From positions 12,339 to 76,338 of the forward strand of contig JAIESR010000020.1 in the NCBI GenBank assembly GCA_019745775.1: DNA of 64,000 nt. Reading direction: 5' to 3'. The notes under the pieces are model-generated. The model saw only the letters and a program-made list of their open reading frames with translations. It did not search any database and had not been told where the DNA came from. The stretch is from Xanthobacteraceae bacterium (GTDB lineage Bacteria; Pseudomonadota; Alphaproteobacteria; Rhizobiales; Xanthobacteraceae). Positions 56,492-64,000 of the stretch are shown one piece after another. Made by a program: the position numbers and the translations under genes. Numbering within the stretch: position 1 is the stretch's first letter; each line of letters opens with the position of its first letter.

Positions 56492-58351
56492 TTATTGCGG
56501 CGCGAGCCACCACGTTTCGGGAATCGGTCCCGACCGAGAGGTTACGTCGGGATGCCGCACCTTTGTCCAGCGTGCAATCCATTGATCCGGTGGATGAAAC
56601 AGCGGAACTGTGTAAAAACCCGACATCAGCGCCCGATCCAGCGCCCGCACCGCCGCAACGACGCCCGGCCGGTCCTGCGCTTTGAGCAGGGCGTCGATCA
56701 TCGCGTCGATGGCCGGGCTCTTCACGCCCATGTAGTTGCGGCTGCCGTTCGAATCGGCCGCCTCCGAGCTCCAATAGAACGCCTGTTCGTTCCCTGGCGA
56801 AAGCGATTGATCCCACCGGTTCGAAATCATGTCGAAATCGAATGCGATGCGGCGCGCTTCGAACTGCACCGCATCGACCGGCCGGACGCGGATGTTGATG
56901 CCGGCACGTTTCAGTTGCCCCGCGAACAGGAGCGCCATGCGCTCTTCGTCCATCGCATCGCTGCGGGCGGTGACCATGATCTCGAAGGTGAGGGGGCGCC
57001 CGCTCTTGCGCTCGACCAGTTCGGTGCCGCGCAGCTCGTAACCGGCCTGCGCGAACAGGGCGAGCGCGCGCCGCAGCACCGCCCGGTCACGGCCCGAGCC
57101 GTCGCTCACCGGAGCCGACCAGGTCCCGTCCAGGATGTCGGGTCGTACGGCGCCGGCGAAAGGCGCCAGTAGCTCGCGTTCGCGCGCATCCGCGGGCCGC
57201 CTATAGGCCGACAGCTCCGAACCTTCGAAATAGCTCGCGGTGCGGCGATAGAGCCCGAAGAAGATGTTCTTGTTGGTCCATTCGAAGTCGAACAACATCC
57301 CGATCGCCTCGCGCACGCGCACATCGGCGAACACTCCGCGGCGCGTGTTGAAGACGAAATAGAAGCTCGGCTTCGGCAGCTCGCTGGTCATCGTCTCCTT
57401 GATGACCAGCCCTTCCCGCAGCGCGGGGAAATCGTAGCCTTGCATCCAGCGGGCGGGATCGGTCTCCTTTCGGGCGTCGAACAGGCCACGCTTGAAAGCT
57501 TCGTGCAGCGCGTTGGCGTCGCGATAGAAGTCGTAGCGGATCTCGTCGAAATTCCAGAGGCCGCGATTGACGCCGAGGTCGCGCCCCCAATAGTTCGGGT
57601 CGCGCACGAGCGTCAGGGTCCGGCCGGGGTCGACCTTTCCGATGGTATAGGGCCCGCTGCCGATCATTGGCTTGACGGTGGTGTCCTCGAAGGTCTCGGG
57701 ATCGATCGCGTGCTTCGGCAGGACCGGCATCAAGCCAAGGATCAGCGGAAGTTCACGATCGTCGCCGGGAAGGTCGAAGCGGACCCTGTTTGGTCCGACC
57801 GCCTCGGCTTTTGTCACCTTGCTGTAGTAAATGCGAAGGTTAGGGCGGCCCTTGTCGCGCAGGAGTTGCCAGGAGAACAACACGTCATCGGGCGTGATCG
57901 GCCTGCCGTCGGAAAAGCGCGCTGCCGGATCGAGCTCGAACGTCACATAGCTGCGCGCATCGTCGGTGGCGACGCGGCGCGCGATCAGCCCGTAGAGCGT
58001 AAACGGCTCGTCGTAGCCGCGCGCCATCAGACTTTCGATGACATGGCCGCCGATAATGAAAACGCCGCCCGGCGACCGCATGCCCATCGGCGGCAGGCCC
58101 TTCACGACCAGCGGATTGAGCGTGTCGAAGCTGCCAAGCACGCCCTGCACCATCCGGCCGCCCTTGCGTGCCGACGGATTGGCATAGGGGAAATGCTTGA
58201 AGCCTTCCGGCAGCGCGGGCTCCCCGTGCATGGCGATCGCGTGGCGGAAAGTGTCCTCGGCAAAAGAACCCGGCGAGCTGACGAAAATCGTTGCCGCAGC
58301 CAACAGGCCCGCGACCAGGGGGCGCGACCGGCGAAGCGGAATCGGAACCAT
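56492..58351 (-). CDS. Family-5 (peptide/opine, YejA-like) ABC transporter substrate-binding protein with no adjacent permease or ATPase
   Basis: About 620 aa, signal peptide ...AATIFVSSPGSFA, and SBP_bac_5-like regions (LVVKGLPPMG..., GSGPYTIGKVDPG). Confidence 0.75.
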   Translation of the reverse strand: MVPIPLRRSRPLVAGLLAAATIFVSSPGSFAEDTFRHAIAMHGEPALPEGFKHFPYANPSARKGGRMVQGVLGSFDTLNPLVVKGLPPMGMRSPGGVFIIGGHVIESLMARGYDEPFTLYGLIARRVATDDARSYVTFELDPAARFSDGRPITPDDVLFSWQLLRDKGRPNLRIYYSKVTKAEAVGPNRVRFDLPGDDRELPLILGLMPVLPKHAIDPETFEDTTVKPMIGSGPYTIGKVDPGRTLTLVRDPNYWGRDLGVNRGLWNFDEIRYDFYRDANALHEAFKRGLFDARKETDPARWMQGYDFPALREGLVIKETMTSELPKPSFYFVFNTRRGVFADVRVREAIGMLFDFEWTNKNIFFGLYRRTASYFEGSELSAYRRPADARERELLAPFAGAVRPDILDGTWSAPVSDGSGRDRAVLRRALALFAQAGYELRGTELVERKSGRPLTFEIMVTARSDAMDEERMALLFAGQLKRAGINIRVRPVDAVQFEARRIAFDFDMISNRWDQSLSPGNEQAFYWSSEAADSNGSRNYMGVKSPAIDAMIDALLKAQDRPGVVAAVRALDRALMSGFYTVPLFHPPDQWIARWTKVRHPDVTSRSGPIPETWWLAPQ

Positions 58352-58641
58352 GGTCACGGCGAGGGGCGGACTCCCGCTGAATCGGTACAACTTCGATCTC
58401 ATCAGTGACTCGGTCCGTCAGCAACCCCAGCGGCTAAAGCGCTTTCAAAAGCCGACCGGCTGCGTTATCACCTGCCCACGCCAAATGGGTTTTCACACGT
58501 TATCAGGCGAAATTCCGGCGATTCGCGTGACTTTTGAGGGCCACGCTGTTGCCGTATTTGGTGCCGACACAGCCCCCCACGGGGGTGACCGTTCGATCCG
58601 GCCCGCGCGCGCTGTCGGAACGGTAAGCAAGAGGATCGACC

Positions 58642-59352
58642 ATGTTCAAGTGGAACGTGTTTGCGCCGGCCCGTCCGGTTGCCTACGCATTTGCGTTTGC
58701 ATTGATCGGCGCGCTCGCCGTCGTTGCGACCGGCACGAATTCGGTCGCCGAGGAAAAGAAGGCCGCGCCGAAAAAGAAGGACACGCCCAAGGCTGCTCCG
58801 AAACAGGAGCCGCAGCAGGCGCAGCCGGAAGCGCCGCAACTGATCTTCTCGCCGTGGACGAAGTTCTGCCTGAAGGGACAGGAGGCCAACGCCAAGCAGG
58901 TTTGCTTCACCGGCAAGGACGGTCGCGTCGAATCCGGGCAGCCCGTGGTGGCCGCCGTGTTGATCGAACCCGAAGGCGAGCCGCGCAAGATTCTTCGCGT
59001 CACGCTGCCGCTCGGCATGTCGCTACAGCCCGGCACGCGCGTGATCATCGACCAGGGTCAGCCGATGACGGGACCCTACGTGATCTGCTTCAACAACGGC
59101 TGCATGGCCGACTACGAGGCGAGCGACGCGCTCATCCTCATCATGAAGAAGGGCCAGGGGCTTGTGGTGCAGGGCATCAACGGCGCCGGCCAGCCGATCA
59201 GCCTGGTGCTGCCGCTCAACGACTTCGCCAAGGCCTATGACGGCCCGCCGACCGATCCGAAGGTGTTCGAAGACCAGCAGAAGAAGTTGCAGGAAGAGCT
59301 TCAGCGTCGCGCCGAGGAAGCTCGCAAGAAGCTCGAGGGTCAGCAGAAGTAG
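58642..59352 (+). CDS. Invasion-associated locus B (IalB) family protein
   Basis: Signal peptide, a Lys/Pro-rich spacer, then WTKFC...KQVCF...GMSLQPG...C...GCMADY, typical of IalB. Confidence 0.8.
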   Translation: MFKWNVFAPARPVAYAFAFALIGALAVVATGTNSVAEEKKAAPKKKDTPKAAPKQEPQQAQPEAPQLIFSPWTKFCLKGQEANAKQVCFTGKDGRVESGQPVVAAVLIEPEGEPRKILRVTLPLGMSLQPGTRVIIDQGQPMTGPYVICFNNGCMADYEASDALILIMKKGQGLVVQGINGAGQPISLVLPLNDFAKAYDGPPTDPKVFEDQQKKLQEELQRRAEEARKKLEGQQK

Positions 59353-59449
59353 TCGTTGCCGAGATTTGGTGTCGACACAGCCTTCCCGTCGGGGGACGCC
59401 GTTCGATCCGGCCCGCGCGCTGTTGGAACGGTGAGGAGGGGGACTGGCC

Positions 59450-60136
59450 ATGATCAGGTGGTTCGCGTTTGCGTCGGTCCGTCCGACCGCTTGCGCCTTG
59501 GCGCTTGCCTTGATTGGCGCGGCAGGCGTCGTCGCGACTACTCCGAATTCTTTCGCTGAGGAGAAGAAAGCTGCGCCAAAGGCGCCCAAGGGTAAGGAAG
59601 CACCTAAGGCCGTTCCGAAGCAGGAAGAGCAGCCGGAGGCGCCGCAACTGATGTTCTCACCCTGGACGAAATTCTGTCAGAGAGGACAGGAGGCGAACGC
59701 CAAGCAGGTATGTTTCATCGGCAAGGAAGGTCGGGTCGAAACGGGGCAACCGGTCGTATCTGCCGTGCTGATCGAGCCGGAAGGTGAGCCGCGCAAGATC
59801 CTCCGTGTCACGCTGCCGCTCGGCATGTCGCTTCAGCCAGGCACCCGCGCGATCGTCGACCAAGGGCAGCCGATGACGGCGCCCTACGTGATTTGCTTCG
59901 ACAATGGCTGCATGGCCGACTATGAGGCCAGCCAGGCGCTCATCGATACGATGAAGAAGGGCCAGGGCCTTGCCATCCAGGGCATCAATGGTGCCGGCCA
60001 GGCGATCAGCGTGGTGCTGCCGCTGAACGACTTTGCCAAGGCCTACGACGGACCGCCGATCGAACAAAAGGAACTCGAGCGCCGCAACGAGGAATTGCGC
60101 AAGAAATTCGAGCAGCAGCAACAGCAGAAGAAATAG
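59450..60136 (+). CDS. IalB-family protein (tandem paralog)
   Basis: About 75% identical by eye to the upstream copy, with the same Cys pattern. Confidence 0.8.
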   Translation: MIRWFAFASVRPTACALALALIGAAGVVATTPNSFAEEKKAAPKAPKGKEAPKAVPKQEEQPEAPQLMFSPWTKFCQRGQEANAKQVCFIGKEGRVETGQPVVSAVLIEPEGEPRKILRVTLPLGMSLQPGTRAIVDQGQPMTAPYVICFDNGCMADYEASQALIDTMKKGQGLAIQGINGAGQAISVVLPLNDFAKAYDGPPIEQKELERRNEELRKKFEQQQQQKK

Positions 60137-60140
60137 CGGA

Positions 60141-60473
60141 TCAGTTGAGGATCGAGTCCCGCCGGCGGTAGCTGCCGCGCTCGTCCTTCTCGAAAATCTC
60201 CGCCACCTGCGGATGCCGCAGCGGCTCATCGGAGCTGTCGGGCAGCAGGTTCTGCTCCGAGACATAGGCGACGTACTCGGTGTCCGCGTTCTCGGCGTAG
60301 AGGTGATAGAACGGCTGGTCCTTGCTCGGCCGCCGCTCCGCCGGGATCGACTGGTACCACTCCTCGGTATTGGCGAAGACCGGGTCGATATCGAATACGA
60401 TGCCGCGGAACGGGTAGAGCCGGTGGCGAACCACCTGGCCGATGGTGTATTTGGCAATGCGGCACTTGTTCAT
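60141..60473 (-). CDS. hspQ: Heat-shock protein HspQ (YccV, hemimethylated-DNA-binding domain)
   Basis: IGQVVRHRLYPFRGIVFDIDPVF...PFYHLYAEN...AYVSEQNL matches the HspQ pattern. Confidence 0.85.
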   Translation of the reverse strand: MNKCRIAKYTIGQVVRHRLYPFRGIVFDIDPVFANTEEWYQSIPAERRPSKDQPFYHLYAENADTEYVAYVSEQNLLPDSSDEPLRHPQVAEIFEKDERGSYRRRDSILN

Positions 60474-60545
60474 GGCCGTACCTGCTTACCCGGTTTGCCG
60501 ACGAGGTGCACGCCCATCTTTTGGTAGCAAATCCCGGCCAAAGGT

Positions 60546-61526
60546 TCAGTGGGCAGTCACACCGGCTTCCTTGATGACGCCGCCCCAAAGCTCGGTCTCG
60601 TCGGCGAAGAATTTAGCCGCGTCCGCGGGCGAGCCGATCATCGGATCAAGCCGCAGCTCTTGCAGCCGCTTTTCGATCTCCGGCGACTTTAGAATCTCGA
60701 CAATGTCGCGGTTGATCTTGGCGGCAATCGCAGCCGGCGTCTTGGGCGGTGCCGCCATGGCGAACCATGTAATCGAGCGGAAGCCGGGGAATCCGGATTC
60801 TGCGATGGTCGGCAATTCCTTCACGGTGTCGACGCGCTCGGGGCTCGCCACCGCCAGGATGTTGATCTTGTCGCCGCGCCAGAGCGGCACCGAGGTCGAG
60901 AGCGTGTCGAAGAACAGGTCGACATGGCCACCCAAGAGATCGTTGATGGCGGGCGCCGAGCCGCGATAGGGCACGTGCGTCATCTTGATGCCGCCGCGGA
61001 CTTCCAATTGCGCACCGCTCAGATGCGCGGTCGACCCGGCGGCCGACGAGGCATAGGTGACCTTGCCGGGGTTCGCCTTGGCGTACGCCACCAGCCCTTT
61101 GACGTCTTTCGCCGGCAGGTTCTTACGCACTGCCAGCACGTTCGGGATTTTTGCCAGCAGCGAGACCGGGACGAAGTCCGAAGCCCGGTAGTTGATGTCG
61201 CGATAGAGCAGGTTGGCGAAGGTCAGCGGCATCGGCGCCGTGATGAGCAGGGTGTAGCCGTCGGCCGGCGCGCGTGACACCTGCTCGGCGCCGAAATTGA
61301 GGCCGCGGCCATTGTTCTCGACGATGACCGTCTGGCCCCATTTGCGCTGCAGCTGGTCGGCGACCAGCCGCGCCAGTGAATCGGTGGTCGAGCCCGCCGG
61401 GGACGGCACCACGATCGTCACCCGCCGCGACGGAAAGGCGTCCTGCGCCAATGCGCCGCTCGCGCCGACAGCGGCCGCAAGCAATCCGCCGGCGATTGCC
61501 ACGAGGGAGGAGTAGTAGAGCTTCAT
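60546..61526 (-). CDS. Bug-family substrate-binding protein
   Basis: Start at MKLYYSSLVAIAGG after ggaga. AQDAFPSRRVTIVVPSPAGSTTD...ENNGRG. Confidence 0.85.
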   Translation of the reverse strand: MKLYYSSLVAIAGGLLAAAVGASGALAQDAFPSRRVTIVVPSPAGSTTDSLARLVADQLQRKWGQTVIVENNGRGLNFGAEQVSRAPADGYTLLITAPMPLTFANLLYRDINYRASDFVPVSLLAKIPNVLAVRKNLPAKDVKGLVAYAKANPGKVTYASSAAGSTAHLSGAQLEVRGGIKMTHVPYRGSAPAINDLLGGHVDLFFDTLSTSVPLWRGDKINILAVASPERVDTVKELPTIAESGFPGFRSITWFAMAAPPKTPAAIAAKINRDIVEILKSPEIEKRLQELRLDPMIGSPADAAKFFADETELWGGVIKEAGVTAH

Positions 61527-61542
61527 CGTCGGTCTCCAGTTT

Positions 61543-62514
61543 CTATTGCGGTGTAATGTTCGCCGCTTTGATGACCCGTCCCCACAGTTGCGTCTCCTCG
61601 CCGAAGAATTTGGCGGCGGCGTCACGCGACCAGGTAACCGGGGTCATCTGGATTCCGCGCACGCGCTCGGCAACGTCCTTGCGAGCGAGAATCTCGTTCA
61701 CGTCGCGGTTGATGCGATCGGCGAGCGGCGCCGGCATGTTGGGTGGCGCGGTCATAGCGTACCAGGTCACCGAACGATAGCCCGGCAGCGTCTCCGCGAT
61801 GGTCGGAACCTCGGGGAACTCGCTGACGCGCTCGCTGGTGCCGGTCGCGATCATCTTGACGCGGCCTTCGCGATGCAGCGGCAGCGAGGTCGTCGGCGTG
61901 TCGAACATCAGGTCGACATGGCCGGCGATCAGATCGTTCACGGCGGGACTCAAGCCGCGATAGGGCACCAGCGTGGTCCTGATGCCGCCGAGCATCTCGA
62001 GCTGCACGGTCGCAAGATGCCCGACCGAGCCGACGCCAGGGGTCGCCGCGGTGATCTTGCCCGGCGCGGCTCTCGCGCGGTCGATCAGGTCCTTGACCGT
62101 GGCGCCCTCGAAGCTCTTGCGCATCACCAACACGTACGGTCCCGTGGCCAGGAGCGCGATCGAGGTCCAGCGCGCCGGATCGAACGGCATGTCCTTGTAG
62201 AGGAAGTGGTTGGTGGCGATCGGTCCCGGCGAGGCAACCATCAGGGTGTAGCCGTCCGGTGCCGCTCTGAACACTTGCGCCGCGCCGGTGTTGCCGGCCG
62301 CGCCGCCGACGTTCTCCACCACGACCGCCTGACCCCACCTGCGGCTGAGCTGATCGGCCACCAGCCGGCCGATGGTGTCGGTGCCGCCGCCGGCGGGATA
62401 GGGGATCACGATCCGCACGGATCGGTTCGGAAAGGCATCCTGCGCGTACGCGACGGCGCCGATCGCGACATGGCCGAACAACACGGCCAGCGCTGCATTC
62501 ACGATCCTGCGCAT
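61543..62514 (-). CDS. Bug-family substrate-binding protein
   Basis: AQDAFPNRSVRIVIPYPAGGGTD...ENVGGAAG. Confidence 0.85.
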   Translation of the reverse strand: MRRIVNAALAVLFGHVAIGAVAYAQDAFPNRSVRIVIPYPAGGGTDTIGRLVADQLSRRWGQAVVVENVGGAAGNTGAAQVFRAAPDGYTLMVASPGPIATNHFLYKDMPFDPARWTSIALLATGPYVLVMRKSFEGATVKDLIDRARAAPGKITAATPGVGSVGHLATVQLEMLGGIRTTLVPYRGLSPAVNDLIAGHVDLMFDTPTTSLPLHREGRVKMIATGTSERVSEFPEVPTIAETLPGYRSVTWYAMTAPPNMPAPLADRINRDVNEILARKDVAERVRGIQMTPVTWSRDAAAKFFGEETQLWGRVIKAANITPQ

Positions 62515-62535
62515 GTTCGATCTCCCGCCCGTTCG

Positions 62536-63501
62536 CTATTGCAGGGTGATGTTGGCATCCTTGATGACCTGCCCCCAAAGCTGCGCTTCCTCGGCAAAGA
62601 ACGCTGCCGCCTCTTCCCGGGTGCTGCCGACGGGTTCCATCAACATGGTGTTGAGCCGCTCGACCATGGGCGCGCTCCTGATGGCTTCGCCGACATCCTT
62701 GCTGATGCGATCGGCGAGCGGCAGCGGCGTGCCGGGCGGCGCCACCAATCCGAACCAGGTGATTGAGCGGTACGTCGGATAGCCGGACTCGGCGACGGTC
62801 GGGACATCGGGGAGGACGGCGATGCGCTTCGGGCTGGCCACCGCGAGGATCCGGACGCGGCCTTCACGGTGCAGCGGCAGCGACGTCGTCACCGTGTCGA
62901 ACATGAGGTCGACGTGACCCGCGACGATGTCATTGATGGCGGTGCCGAGCCCTTTGTAAGGGACGTAGACCATCTTCACGCCGGCCATCGCCTGCAGATA
63001 GGCCGCGGAGAGATGCGCCAAGCCGCCAGGCCCGGGCAGAGCGACCGTGATCTTGCCGGCCTTGGCCTGCGCGATCAGTTCCTTGAGGTCCCCCTTGAAG
63101 GTGCTGCGCACGGTGAGGACATAGGGCACCGTCGTCAGCCACGAGATCGGGACCCATTTGGCCGGATCGTAAGTCATGTCCTTGAACAGGAAACGGTTGG
63201 TCGTGATCGGCCCAGGCGGCGCCAGCATCATCGTGTGGCCATCAGGCGCGGAGCGCCATACGTCGAACGCGCCGATATTGCCGGAGGCCCCCGCCACGTT
63301 CTCCGAAATGACGGTGCGGCCCCATTTGCGGGTGAGGGCATCAGCCAGGAGCCGCGACAGCACGTCGGTTGCGGAGCCGGCCGGGAACGGCACCACCAAG
63401 CGGACCGTGCGCGTCGGATAGGTTTCCTGCGCCTGACATGGCGCGCCGGCGGCGATGATGCCGAGCGCGGCGAGCAGTGCGAACGGAACGATCCGTACCA
63501 T
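62536..63501 (-). CDS. Bug-family substrate-binding protein
   Basis: Start at MVRIVPFALLAALG after gggaga. AQETYPTRTVRLVVPFPAGSATD...ENVAGASG. Confidence 0.85.
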   Translation of the reverse strand: MVRIVPFALLAALGIIAAGAPCQAQETYPTRTVRLVVPFPAGSATDVLSRLLADALTRKWGRTVISENVAGASGNIGAFDVWRSAPDGHTMMLAPPGPITTNRFLFKDMTYDPAKWVPISWLTTVPYVLTVRSTFKGDLKELIAQAKAGKITVALPGPGGLAHLSAAYLQAMAGVKMVYVPYKGLGTAINDIVAGHVDLMFDTVTTSLPLHREGRVRILAVASPKRIAVLPDVPTVAESGYPTYRSITWFGLVAPPGTPLPLADRISKDVGEAIRSAPMVERLNTMLMEPVGSTREEAAAFFAEEAQLWGQVIKDANITLQ

Positions 63502-63650
63502 CCTGTCTCCCAAACACACGGGGTTTGCAAGGATGGTAGAGGAGGCCGATTTCCCGCGCCAGCGACGGCGTATGCAGTCACGTTGACGCAGCCTGCGGAA
63601 ACCTGGCCACTTAGGGAAACGACACTTGTGCGTATGGCCCGCGATGCGGG

Positions 63651-64000
63651 ATGCTGCGGCCACGAACCGGCCAGGGTGGGGCATTGCAAGACAAGGACGG
63701 CACAATCGACTGGGTGGCGCGGGCGCGCGGACTTGCCCCCGTCGTGGCGGCTGCTGCCCAACACACCGAACGCGATCGCCGCATCGCGCCTGAGGTGATC
63801 GCGGCGATCGACGAGGCTGGCATCCCACGGATGTTGATGCCGGCATCCCTCGGCGGCGGTGCTGCCGACATCCTCACCTTCAACCGCGTGATCGAGGTAC
63901 TGGCAGCGGCCGACGCCTCGACTGCCTGGTGCATGGCCCAGACGCTGGCGAGCTCGCATGCGGCCGGATTCCTCGATCCGCAGATTGCCCGCGAGGTGTT
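63651..64000 (+). CDS. N-terminal part of an acyl-CoA dehydrogenase-fold (type 2 / flavin monooxygenase-like) protein, truncated by the window end
   Basis: The frame is open from 63615 to the window end. It reads ...DWVARARGLAPVVAAAAQHTERDRRIAPEVIAAIDEAGIPRMLMPASLGGGAADILTFNRVIEVLAAADASTAWCMAQT. The start is ATG 63651 or TTG 63684. It is absent from the ORF track because it has no stop in the window. Confidence 0.6.
   Translation, partial: MLRPRTGQGGALQDKDGTIDWVARARGLAPVVAAAAQHTERDRRIAPEVIAAIDEAGIPRMLMPASLGGGAADILTFNRVIEVLAAADASTAWCMAQTLASSHAAGFLDPQIAREV

Overview
High-GC (about 65%) chromosomal window. The gene content (gyrA, coaD, queA-tgt, glmU-glmS, recG, sdhE-mfd), the ndvB/ndvC-type cyclic beta-glucan locus, many orphan Bug (TctC-like) binding proteins and the characteristic REP/MITE-like palindromic intergenic elements point to a Bradyrhizobium/Rhodopseudomonas-type alphaproteobacterium. 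I call about 57 CDS, 2 tRNAs (His-GUG, Lys-UUU), 6 REP/MITE-like elements, a few terminators and several candidate operators or promoters. I found no IS element, integrase, prophage, CRISPR array, rRNA, toxin-antitoxin pair or recognisable defence system, and no obvious DNA-binding transcription factor gene. Most of the window is ordinary core genome and I see no unambiguous novel system. The best candidates for undescribed biology are: (1) a tightly overlapping operon of a membrane fatty-acid hydroxylase, a bacterial GH3 amido synthetase and an enolase-superfamily epimerase (4434-8170); (2) two paralogous secreted LVIVD beta-propellers next to a Tat-exported Mo-hydroxylase (22714-28561); (3) a REC-REC-GGDEF protein with a dead active site but an intact RxxD I-site, beside an orphan solute-binding protein coupled to a motif-degenerate adenylate-forming enzyme (53522-58351); (4) an uncharacterised ORF translationally coupled inside queA-tgt. 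All function calls come from motif recognition by eye on the supplied translations. No database search was run.
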